Below are positions 26,922 through 38,109 of a DNA stretch of 64,000 nucleotides, in pieces (the stretch's first letter is position 1; each line of letters begins with the position of its first letter). This DNA comes from Eledone cirrhosa (lineage: Eukaryota), in NCBI GenBank assembly GCA_964016885.1, contig OZ024742.1, positions 41,788,001 to 41,852,000 on the forward strand. The letters run 5' to 3'. The translations under genes and the position numbers were made by a program. Under the pieces are notes generated by a model that saw only the letters and a program-made list of their open reading frames with translations, did not search any database and was not told the origin of the DNA.

Positions 26922-28097
26922 AAGCTAACTAAGAACATAGATTTTACATGTGGCCGGTGCTCTGGTGCAATAAGTAGCAGCAAGTGCCCACAAAATACTA
27001 GCTCCTTCAACTGCGCAGAGGGTTCTATAGAAATAGTGGACAGCTTCCGTTATCTGGGTGACAAAATCAGCAGTGGGGGAGGGTGCTCTGAAAGTACAGT
27101 AGCTAGAGTCAGAACTGGATGGAAAAAGTTCAGAGAGCTTATACCACTATTAGCCGCTAGAGGGTTCTCCCTAAAAATGAAAGGCAGGTTATACGATGCC
27201 TGCATACGAACAGCAATGCTGCATGACAGTGAGACCTGGGCATTGTGTGCAGAGGATATACGCAGACTAGAGAGGAACGAAGCTTGCATGCTCCGCTGGA
27301 TGTGCAATAGTAATATACGTGAACGGCAAAGCATAAACGAACTAAGGAAAAAATTAGAAATAAGAGGGATCAGATGTTGTTTACTCGAGAGAAGGCTACG
27401 TTGGTACGGTCACGTGATGCGCATGAAAGACGACAGCTGTATAACAAAGTGCAGGGCAATAAAGATAGACGGTAGCCACGGAGTAGGCAGACCCAGAAAA
27501 ACATGGGATGAGCTGATAAATTCCGACCTCACACGCTTACACCTCTCCAAGACAATGTCACTGGACCGAGACCTTTGGCGGTACTCAGTAATAGAGAAGA
27601 CCCGCCTTACCTAAATACAAAGTAAAAACCTACTACAGTCAGTAGGCATCTCTATCAAAACACACCCCACCCACACCGCCCCTTTCAATGTAAAGTTATG
27701 TTGGTCCCACAACATCCAGGCCGAAACAAATGAGATCGTGTAGGTGTCACGACAAAAAACACACAGTCCACGCTGTAAATGTGGCCGTGTAGGCAACACG
27801 GTAAAAACCTCCCAGCCCCACACTGTAAATGTGGTTGGTGTTAGGAAGGGCATCCAGCTGTAGAAAACCCGCCAGACAGTCCACGCTGTAATGTGGCCGT
27901 GTAGGCAACACGGTAAAAACCTCCCAGCCCCACACTGTAAATGTGGTTGGTGTTAGGAAGGGCATCCAACTGTAGAAAACCCGCCAGACAGTCCTATGCG
28001 AGCAAGACAACCACTCTTGCCTCAAGTGGGAAAACCCCCGTCCAAACCCATGCAAGCGTGGAACACGGACGCTAAACCTGATGATGATGATGATGAT
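26922..28097 (+). mobile_element. 5'-truncated RTE-type LINE (RT C-terminus + 3' UTR + (GAT)n tail)
   Basis: Uninterrupted frame KLTKNIDFTCGRC...VDSFRYLG...RRLRWYGHVMR...GRPRKTW to the stop at 27614. The 3' UTR has an internal ~115-bp tandem duplication and ends in a (GAT)n tail. Inserted in a TA microsatellite. Confidence 0.9.
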
Positions 28098-28111
28098 ATA
28101 TATATATATAT

Positions 28112-29120
28112 ATAGGAACGAGTAGGACCCCGACGACTGAGCTCAAGCCGTTTCGACGGCTAATTCTGGACTAAATGAACATTTTTATCCTGGGTTCTGA
28201 ATTAATTTTCCGTATCAAATTTTACATATACTTCGTATGAGCATTTATGTAGTTTGCACTAGAATTTCTGTATCGTGGCGGCACCCTTAGAGATAGTATT
28301 AGTATTCTTTTTCGGGATTCTGAATTATTATTTCGTATTAGTTTATTTTTTTGCACTGGGTGGTTGCTGGCCTTGTGCCTGGGGTAGAAACCTTTATTTC
28401 GTACTGGTCTCGGGACTCTGAATTATTATTTTGTGGTAGTTTCTTTAGTATTTTGGCCCCTCACTTGTTGACCCGTCACTGTAAGATACACTCGGTTTAT
28501 TACTTATACCTCTTAAAAGGGTCTCATTATAATTCCGTCCCACCTAGTAAACCTTTCTTTAGTCTAGCAGTACCAGTGAGAGACTTGATAGCTGTCCTTA
28601 GGTCGTAGTAACCAGAAATTGTTTATTTTTTTTTACATTTAATTGCTTTTTAACACTTTCGGTATTTTTCTATATATTTACCCCATATTGTTTTACTTAT
28701 TGTTTCGACTTCCTCCCCCTCCCCCTCCCTAGTATCTTCTTTGACCTCCTGCCCAGCTGTAGTCGGTACTATCAACGCATGACTGGGTCTCCTCCACCCC
28801 TCTCCCTCTTTCTCCTACTGGCAGGTTCAGCTACCCCTTCCCTCCACAAATTGCCATGATAGAATTATTATGTCTCAACAACAAACTTTTGACCAATCCT
28901 TGTGACAATTACTTTTACCATATATGGAATTACCCCCTGAGAAGCTCGGCTATTCAAATACCAGGATAAAAATGTTCATTTAGTCCAGAATTAGCCGTCG
29001 AAACGGCTTGAGCTCAGCCGTCGGGGTCCTACTCGTTCCTATTACCCACTCTACTACCCTAAGTATTGAGTACTTTGGTGCGTTATGGTCCACCTGGTTC
29101 CTTACCACATTTCCTCCGTT
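28112..29120. mobile_element. Penelope-like pseudo-LTR with ~80-bp inverted termini (28112-28193 / 28961-29042)
   Basis: Reverse-complement arms with a hammerhead-like fold overlapping the right arm. Flanked by TA repeats. Confidence 0.6.
28932..29027 (+). ncRNA. Hammerhead-like ribozyme with variant core
   Basis: Stem I ACCCC/GGGGU; core CUGAGAA (canonical is CUGANGA); stem II CGGCUA/UAGCCG with a long loop; GAAA; stem III CGGCU/AGCCG; GUC triplet at 29020-29022. Confidence 0.55.
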
Positions 29121-29140
29121 ATATATATATATATATAGAT

Positions 29141-29211
29141 GGCTGAGCTCTTGCCGTTTCAGCAGCTAGTTCCAGACTGGAACTAGCTATTGAAACAGCA
29201 AGAGCTCAGCC
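29141..29211. repeat. 71-bp near-perfect palindrome (fold-back of the same PLE-like family)
   Basis: GGCTGAGCTCTTGCCGTTTC...TTCCAG-A-CTGGAA...GAAACAGCAAGAGCTCAGCC. Downstream sequence resembles 29040-29100. Confidence 0.8.
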
Positions 29212-30854
29212 CTTAGGGTCCTGGCTCTTTATAATATAACCACACTCTACTACCCCAAGTATCAAGTACTCTGGTGAGTAATGGTCTAACCATGTTCAAA
29301 CTGAATCCATCCTGATATATATATATATATATATATTCAAAACAACAAACAGCGGAGGACGCGTTTCGCACCTTTCCGACAGACAACCCCCCCCCCCCCC
29401 CCCCCCCCGCAAAAAAACCCAGTTGATGGATGTGAATCCGAAATATATAGGGACAATTAAATCTCTCCCAAGGTAACTCTATCTCGTGTTTTTATTTTTA
29501 TCCTTTACGCTCTTTCCTACATTCTTCTACACGCTACAGTCTTCTACACACCACGCATCTCAATGTACACCCACTTACATCTCTCTCTCCACCACCGGAT
29601 CTTGTTACCCGGAGATTTACCCATCTGCATTGTCGAGGCTTCCAAACGACTTAAACAAATTTACCTTATTATTCCACAATGCTTCAAGCAAACTTCAATA
29701 CTTTCATATATATATATATATCATCATCATCATCATCACCATTTTACGTCTGTTCTTCCACGCTAGCATGGATTAGACGGGTTGTCCTGTTGTGGGCAGT
29801 GTCCGGTCGACTGACCTTGTCTTGCTCATATAGGAACTGATTCTGGCTTGAGTTCTACAGCTGGATGCCCTTCCTAACATTTACAGTGAGTGCTGGGTGC
29901 TTTTTTTCCGTGGCGCCTACACGTCCACTTTACAGTGTGAGCTGGGTGCTTTTTTGCTGTGGCACTGCCACAACCACATTTCTACAGCTGAGTAAACTGG
30001 AGCAATGTGAAATAAAGTGTCTTGCTCAAGGAAACAACGCATCACCCAGTCTGAGAATTGAACTCACAACCTTTCGATTGCAAGCCTAATGCTCTAACCA
30101 CTAAGCCATGCACCTTCATATATATATATGTGTGTGTGTGTGTGTACATCATAGCAGTAACAATGGACAGTGTGACATCTCCAAATCAAGTCTATTCTCT
30201 GTTTATGTTTGCTGTAATCCATTAATTGATTACTTAATCTTTGCAATTTACACCTGATGATGTTACCATAAGTCCTACATCATGACCTGAAGATGTAAGC
30301 AAGCCATAGAAATACGTATTATGATTTTTGCAACACTAAAGGAATATTTGGAATCCATCCTTCTGTTTTCATTGAAGTATTTAACTCCATTCCTGCACCA
30401 ACCATGGAATACCACATTTGTGATGAATGATTTGCATAATATTGAGTGCTTTTGCTTATTGCATCATGGTTTGCTAATCGAAATGACCAGATCTACCTAT
30501 TAGTTAAACCATTCACCATAAATGGTATCTATCTATGTAAAAAGTAAATGGAAATAACAAAGCAAATGACACAGTACAATGAAGAGATATATTAGTTTAA
30601 CGTTTGATATAATAGGAAAATAGTCTTTATATTTCGGATGCTAGTCCTTCACTGAAGATAGAATGAGAAATAAAAGATGAAATAGAAAGATAAGAGCAAA
30701 CGGAAAAACTTTTTGATAAAGCACATTCAGTCAGCCATTTTATGTACTAGAATTTTTTTCAACACGCTGACGCGTATGTGTATACAAGCGTATGTGAAGA
30801 TTGTACACACAAATGTAGTGAATGTTACACACTGTTTTCTGTAGTTTGTCCTCA

Positions 30855-30963
30855 CTCCTTCCTTCCTCAATCATCTCTAGTGTGTGACGTTATCACCCCT
30901 TCCTTCCTCAGTCATCTCTAATGTGTGACGTTATCACCCCTTCCTTCCTCAGTCATCTCTAGT
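30855..30963. repeat. Short tandem repeat, ~41-bp unit, about 2.5 copies
   Basis: CCTTCCTTCCTCAGTCATCTCTA[G/A]TGTGTGACGTTATCACC repeated. Confidence 0.8.
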
Positions 30964-31118
30964 CGCTCAAATTGATATATAGATATAATCCATGCAAGCA
31001 TGGAAAATAGATGTAAAACAGTGATGAGGGTGATAATGATAAATGATTGCTCCCAATCCACTGATTGTCATGTAATATGACAGTATTAAACATTGCAGTT
31101 TAATCCAGTCAGGCATTT

Positions 31119-32843
31119 ATCTATATATCTAAAACAGAGAATGTCTGTCAGCTCCCTAAAACTCGAGAACCACCCAACCGATTGTTTTCAAACTTTACAC
31201 ATGTAATACTTATGGTCCTGTGAGTGTTTTGAGGAAAAAAATGTCAAATTTTCAATGCCCTAGGGATCGCATTAGGCGATTTAGTAATCTCTCTCTATAA
31301 TTCTTAGTCTTTCCTTTTATATAAATACATAGATATAACGTTGCGCCCTTATAATATCTGTTTATATGTCTGGCTGTCTGCATTACGACATTATGACGCT
31401 GTGTGTGTGTGTGTCTATATGTATATATATATAGTGTGTAACGTTTTTCGAAATATATAATTCTGCGTTCACAGATTGATTTTTTTAGTTTCAGAAGATC
31501 CTGTTAAGGGTGAAAGCAGCGATTCTTAAACTTTAATCTGTTATTTTAATATATAAATATATATATATATAATTATATATTCGTGTACAGATATTTTTGC
31601 ATGCACAATAACAAAATATAAACAAACGTATTTATTTCACGAGGCTCGATAATATATCAAATATATAAGAACCTTAGAGCATTCTGTTAGTATATGCTAA
31701 ATTTGATGTTAAAATCTGTCAGGTCATCTTAGTATAGAGATCTATACAGTTGTCCTATACAAAGCACTAACAGCAGGATCCGGCGTTGCACAGAAATAGC
31801 AACACGCGTATGCAAACATTGAGGAATGTAACTGTGTACTTTTTGAATTCCCTTATTCTCAGGAAATAATTGTTCATCTACTGGAAACGTAGAACACCAG
31901 CAGTGTCAGTGGGCTGATTGAGGAAATCCTGTATGCGAAAGGAGTAAGTGTTGTGGGGCGATGTATGTCGTAAGTCTGTTCACGAATTATGTCACAGATG
32001 GGTAATACACGTCAGTCTGAAGGAGCGACGTAGTCAATTGTGTGAAAACCAAATAGGGATGTATGTTTAAGTAGGGATATTGAGATGACAAAATCAGCGT
32101 GGCAACGCAGCTGCAGCAGAAGGGGGTCATAGTGGGGCGACACTGGTTGCACTGCGTTTACACAGCAACAAAGGTGCAACAAAAAGGGTCACCACGGAAT
32201 TAGCACTACCGCTGTTCAGCGTACTTGCGCAGGGCGTTCATACTGCGGTGTAGGTGCAACAAAAGGGGTCTTAGTAGAAGTAGCACAGACGTGAGTTTTA
32301 CGGTGTTAATAACATGACAACGTACACAGGGCCAAGATTTGCGCGTAATGAAAGCACGAAGCGTCAACAAGGCGGCGACGAAAATTTTAAGGTCCTCCTC
32401 ATTTCCTCAATCCCCTGAAAATGGTCCTGCTTAAAAGTAAGTGTTGTGTTCTCTGTTAAATAAACCAAATTCTTAACGAAATATTTTATGCTACTTACGA
32501 TGTTTAAGTAGCGTTTATATTGAAACTGAAAATGGCATTTAATGCCCAATGCTAATCCGTAAATATCCTAGAAACCATTAATGGAATCGGAAATGTTTTT
32601 GTCCACAGCAATGCGAGGGGCTAACTAATGTGTGCTGCAAATTTCGAGGAAATTGGCTGGATTATCTTTAAGTTACGCCTCAAAAAAGCCTAAAAATGTT
32701 TTAAAAAATGAGTTTTTTCGCCTAATGCGGGCTCTAGGGCAGAAATATAACTAACGCATGTGTAAAGTTTGAAAAAAATTGGGTACTTCTCGAGTTTTAG
32801 GGATTTACATAGACAGACATCCTCTGTTTTATATATATATAGA
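31119..32843. mobile_element. Two related Helitron-like non-autonomous elements in opposite orientation
   Basis: TCTATATAT...AAAACAGAG.ATGTCTGTC 5' ends at 31119 (+) and 32843 (-) share CCCTAAAACTCGAGAA...AAACTTTACACATG. The - copy ends in CAACGCCGGATCCTGCTGTTAGT at ~31767, resembling a Helitron 3' end. Confidence 0.5.
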
Positions 32844-33289
32844 TATGTGAGAGTTGATTCTCACAAATGGCAGTCACATTACAGGCATATAAAAAGACAT
32901 CATCTAAGTTTATGTTTATCATAGAATCTTAACCATTACATTATATTACATTTACTCTGGGATTGCCTCAGTCAGCATGGAAGTAGCCTGAGGGTGACTG
33001 GGATGTGCTGACAGCGATGGGGTTTATTCGTAAGTGGGTGGTTAAACAATTGATTGTCATGTGTGTGCCATGACAGCAGGAACAATATTGCAGTTTAATC
33101 CAGTAAGCTAAATTGGATATCAAAATCTTTTGGGTCATCTTAACATAGTGGTCAGTGCAGTTGTCCAGTATACAGAAAATGTGAGGTTCAATTCCTGCAG
33201 ATGGTACTATCACATTTTTTTCTGTCATATTTTCATATATAAAAATGCATCATTTAAGTCTATCATAAAAATCTTAACCATTATATATA

Positions 33290-33368
33290 TACAGGGTGCT
33301 CCCAAAAAATGTATACATACTTCAACAGCATTCTAATAAAAGTATGTATACATTTTTTGGGGACACAC
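33290..33368. mobile_element. Tc1/mariner MITE remnant
   Basis: TACAGGGTGCTCCCAAAAAATGTATACA...TGTATACATTTTTTGGGGACAC. Same family as 42454-42560. Confidence 0.6.
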
Positions 33369-34412
33369 ACTATATATATATATATATATTACATATATAT
33401 ATATGCCCGTCTAAACCCATGCTAGTGTGGAAGATAGATGTTAAACGATGATGATGATGATATATGTGTGTGTGTGTATATATATATACACACATGTACA
33501 TATGTGTGTGTATATATATATACACACATGTACATATAATGTTTAAGATTTTTATGATAGACTTAAATGATGCATTTTTATACACATAAAATATGACAAA
33601 AAATGTGACAGTACCATCTGCAGGAATTGAACTTTCCATTTTCTATATAAGACAATGTCACTGGACCGAGATCTTTGGTGCTACGCAGTAATACAGAAGA
33701 CCTGCCTTGCCTAAGTACAAAGCGAAACCTACAGTCATTTGAATGGGAGTGAAGGAATGTTGATGAAGATTTAAAGGAATTAAAGCATATATATCAATAT
33801 CAACACTCCTTCACTTCCACACTCATTACTCCCCCTCCCCCTGACAAACCCAAATCTCTCATATATAGAGTCACACATCACAACAAAACCTGATCTCCAC
33901 GAATTCAAGAAAGCTCTCCAAGAAAGTTAACCAGGAATCTTTAAAAATCTCCCCACCGAAGTTAACAAAGAACTTACTAGATCTACAGAACCAAATTGTA
34001 AAATCATATTATAAAATTAAATCAAATTGTTTAGAACTCGGGGTCCTGACTCTTTTCCTATATATATATATATATATATCAAGGATGGTGCCCCGGCATG
34101 GCCTCAGCCGGATGGCTGGAACAGGTAAAAGAGAATATAGTGATGGTAGCACAATAAAATGCACCCAGTACACTCTGTTAAGTGGTTGGTGTTGGGATGC
34201 TGTAGAAACCATACCAAAAAAGCTTAAAGGGGGAGAGAGAAGTGATGTAGGTTGTTTAATATATTTCTTAATATACAAATGTCTAATGGAATGTTCATAA
34301 TGTACATTTAGAAAAACTATATATTATTTCTGTGTTTTTTATTCTTTTTTTTTTGTCAAACCAACATTTTTTTTAGCATCAGCATTGTTACGAATTGTTT
34401 TAGCCAAATACA

Positions 34413-34623
34413 TCCTAAGTGAATTATAATTGTTTCTACTTTTTGGCACAAGGCCAGCAATTATCCCAGTGTATTACTGGTACTTTATTTTATCGACCCC
34501 GTAAGGATGAAAGGCAAAGTTAACCTCGGCGGGATTTGAACTCGGGACGTAACTGCTGCAAAGCATGGCGTCCGACCCTCTACCGATACTGCCAATCCAC
34601 CCCCTTCCTAAGTGAATTATAAT
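34413..34623 (-). mobile_element. tRNA-derived SINE with 18-bp target-site duplication
   Basis: Same family as 1490-1697. Flanked by TCCTAAGTGAATTATAAT at 34413-34430 and 34606-34623. Confidence 0.8.
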
Positions 34624-34958
34624 GTTATTTATTTGTTTCTTTTAATCAAATTTATTTTAAGTTAATAATTGTTATTATTTTCAAAATTAGTATTCATTTC
34701 ATTATTTTGTATAAGCACCGTGAAATTAAAAAAAGATTAAAATGATTATTATTTTCCCAATGTAACATTACTAGATGTAACCCACAGTGGTTAAATTATA
34801 CTCCCCAAATTACCCATCATATGATGAATAACACTCTAGTTACAATATATTTGTTATTATTATTGGTAATAACTCCTTTTGCTCTAGTTAGAATACATTT
34901 TTTTTGTCTCTTACTGCAACTGTAAATGTAAATTATCATTCGTTCTTTTTTTTTTTAG

Positions 34959-35144
34959 GAATTTTCAGGTAATTTTTCTTCCTGGAAGATCATCAACCTA
35001 CTCCGAGGTATAGCTGTCATTTTAGGATGGGCTTTGCTGTCAATTTTCCCCAATACTGATCGTCTGGCAGAGAATCTATCAGAAGGTGTTGACAACATAC
35101 TTGGCCAGCGCACAAAGACTCAGAATATTGCTACTATTTCCTAA
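34959..35144 (+). CDS. TMEM237: TMEM237 exon 5 (terminal)
   Basis: Long T-tract plus TAG acceptor (phase 0). Encodes EFSGNFSSWKIINLLRGIAVILGWALLSIFPNTDRLAENLSEGVDNILGQRTKTQNIATIS then TAA (35142-35144). The joined CDS is 1191 nt (396 aa). Confidence 0.88.
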   Translation, partial: EFSGNFSSWKIINLLRGIAVILGWALLSIFPNTDRLAENLSEGVDNILGQRTKTQNIATIS

Positions 35145-36057
35145 AAACATAAGAACAGAGATATTTACCTCAGGTTTTATTATTATGAAGAGTGGTACAT
35201 TGTAATAATATCATTATAAAAGGCAGAATCATTAGAGCATTAAACAAGATATTTTGCTGTAATTAGTTACATCTCTTAACGTTCTGTGTTTAAATGCAGC
35301 TGAAGTCAACTATACTTTTCATCCTTCTAAGGTCAATAAAAGTTGATTAAATCAACCCCAGTCAAGCAGTAAGGGTGATTTAATCAACTTTCTCCTCCCC
35401 TCTTTCTGTTCAAACTGGCTGTAAATGGCTACTCATACTTATGTTAAGGTATTCTTCTCAAAATAAGTATCGTCAAAATCACATAGATTGATATTATGTG
35501 AGATAACTATGTGAAATAAAGTGTTTACCATGAAAATACAATAGTATATATAGAGTAATGTAAATGCGAAAGGGTTAATACTCTAACAATTTCACCAAAC
35601 TACTGCACTGAGCTGGTACTTTATTTTGTATGGACCCGTAACTCCTGATAAAGTCGTAGGGGCGCCATATTGACATACAGCATTTCTTGGCCATTTTAAG
35701 CCAGGAGGAGCCCATCCCTCTCCAGGCCTGAGTACAACAGATGTCTTCCAGAGAGAGGAAGAATCGACTCCATTACTAGATTGGTACTTTTTTTATCAAC
35801 CTCGAAAAGATGAAAGGCAAAGTTAACCTTGGCAGGATTTGAACTCAGAGTGCAGACAACTGGAACAAAACACTGTAAGGTATTCTATGCAATCATCTAA
35901 TGATTCTGCTAAGTCACCGCCTTCCTACATAAATGAAAGAATGTTTTACTACAAAATATTTTTATAAACCCGTTTGTTTTTAAATATAAAAAACCCCAAA
36001 GAAAACCATATTGTTATCATATTGCTAGTATGTACTCATGTACATTATTCTATTATT

Positions 36058-36210
36058 CTATTACATGTTCCAGCTGAGAGGCTGGGGCCATTCTGGGGCA
36101 CTGCCATTGATGCTCTATTACTCTATTACGTGTTCTAGCTGAGATGCTGGGGCACCGCCATTGTTACTTCATTATATGTTTCAGCTGAGAGGCTAAGGCC
36201 ATGCTGGTTC
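36058..36210. repeat. Degenerate ~55-65-bp tandem repeat, 3 copies
   Basis: Recurring TATTA..TGTT.CAGCTGAGA.GCT motif. Confidence 0.6.
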
Positions 36211-37724
36211 AGTTTTGTGAGTTATTTCTTCCATCCAGAATTATTGAATTGAAATAATTCATTTCAAGATTTGTTATCACTGAAGATTAATGTCTTTTGA
36301 TTCACAGGTCCACATTTCAATGCAATCATTCTAAAAGCTAATCCTTGTCCAAATTGCAAGGATCTAATACAACCAGATCTGTTTACTTAATTTCATTTTC
36401 TTTAACTTTAAGTATATTAGAGACAAACCTCACCTTTCACACTGGTTTACCACAACCTATATGTCTATTGCCACATTGTTACTGCTGCTTAGATGAATGG
36501 CTTAGTGGTTTAGGGGGTTGAACTCATGATTATAATATAGGGGTTCAATTCTCAGATCAAGCAGCATGTTGTGTTCTTGTGCAAAACAATTCATATCACC
36601 TCAGCTGAACAATAAGTTCCACCAGCAGCAGCAGCTGGGAGTTAATTATGTGATGGACTGGCATCCCATCTAGAGTGAAAATCTTGTACTCTCAGTTGCT
36701 TAACACTAATGATACTGAGATAAGCTCCAGCTTCTATGCTTAAAAGATATTTAAACTGGCCATATCCGGCCAGAATTCTCTCACCTCTTTCTGTTCAAAC
36801 TGGCTGTAATTGGCCATTCATACTGATGTTAAGGTATTGTTCTCAAAATAAATAATATCATAGATTCGATATTATATGAGATAAAGCCTTTATCGTAAAA
36901 ATATAGTAGGAAATATAGAGTAATGTAAATGCTAAAGGGTTAAAAGAGATTTAAGTGGAGATTTCCTATGATACAACAGCAGTCTATCACATGTAGCTGT
37001 GCACATTGACAACCCATACATCTGTTGCCACAGTGTTACTGTTGCTTACTGTTTCATAGCACTCATTATGTTGAGAACTAAGTGACTTTGTCACAGACAA
37101 AATACAGTGACAAACAGTATCTGAAATTTCAACCTGTCAGCTAGTTCTCTAATTTGTAATCAACTAAACCATGGGTTGGGCTAAGTTTTTAGGAGGCAGG
37201 CTAGATCAGAAATATTTTTGTCGTGCAGGCCAAGGTAAATAAAAAGTGAAACAATAATCATATAAATGTATGGAAACAACTTTTTTTTGTATTAATGTTT
37301 TTCATCTAACTGTCCATTTTGCATTGTTTAACCTTATATCACTTTCCACATTATATATTATATACAATGCTTCAAGCAAACTACAACATTTTAATAAAAT
37401 TTATGTTTTTCTCCAATCATATAAAGCATAACCAAAAGAGCAAGCATCTCTTAATACCATAGCATTGTTTAACTATATTAATAAAAAATATTTCTTTACT
37501 AAATCACAGCAGGCTCAAAAACTCAACACACAATGATGCACATGTACGAATTAAAACAGTGTAACTAATACAATACTAGGGTTATATACAAAAATTGATA
37601 AAGAAAGGCAAACAATTTTTGTATGTAGCGTCACATATTCAATGAAGTCTGTGATCCATATGAAATAAAGCTACATGCTGTGGTTTGCCAAGCTGTGAAC
37701 TAAACCATCCGTCCATTCATTAAT

Positions 37725-38109
37725 TAAGCAATAATTGTTTCTACTTTTGGCACAAGGCCAGCAATACCCAGTGTATTACTGGTACTTTATTTTATCGACC
37801 TCGTAAGAATGAAAGGCAAAGTTAACTTCGGCGTGATTTGAACTCAGAATGGCAAGGGCCGTAACTCAATGCGTCAAAGCATGGCGTCCGACCCTCTACC
37901 GATACTGCCAATCCACCGCCATTAAATAAGCAATAATTGTTTCTACTTTAGGCACAATGCCAGAAATTACCCAGTGCATTACTGGTACGACCCCGTAAAG
38001 ATGAAAGGCAAAGTCAACCTCGGCGGGATTTGAACTCAGATCGTAAAGGGACGTAACTATGCTGGAAAGCATGGCGTCCGACCCTCTACCGATACTGCCA
38101 AGCAATAAT
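37725..38109 (-). mobile_element. Tandem pair of tRNA-derived SINEs
   Basis: Two consecutive copies of the same SINE, bounded and separated by AAGCAATAAT. Confidence 0.8.

Noticed and set aside
29350-29410. CGAAACGCGTC (- strand) hammerhead half-motif and adjacent poly-C run
   Set aside because: No CUGANGA core at the required position. The homopolymer alone is uninformative.
30250-30330. Hammerhead-like CTGAAGA...GAAATACGTAT
   Set aside because: Stems I and II pair poorly. At best a decayed PLE remnant.
30620-30660. Degenerate hammerhead-like sequence on the - strand (GTGAAGGACTAGCATCCGAAATATA)
   Set aside because: Core nucleotides are not conserved.
33130-33210. tRNA gene
   Set aside because: A/B-box-like sequences are present, but the cloverleaf pairing is broken. 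Better explained as a SINE head.
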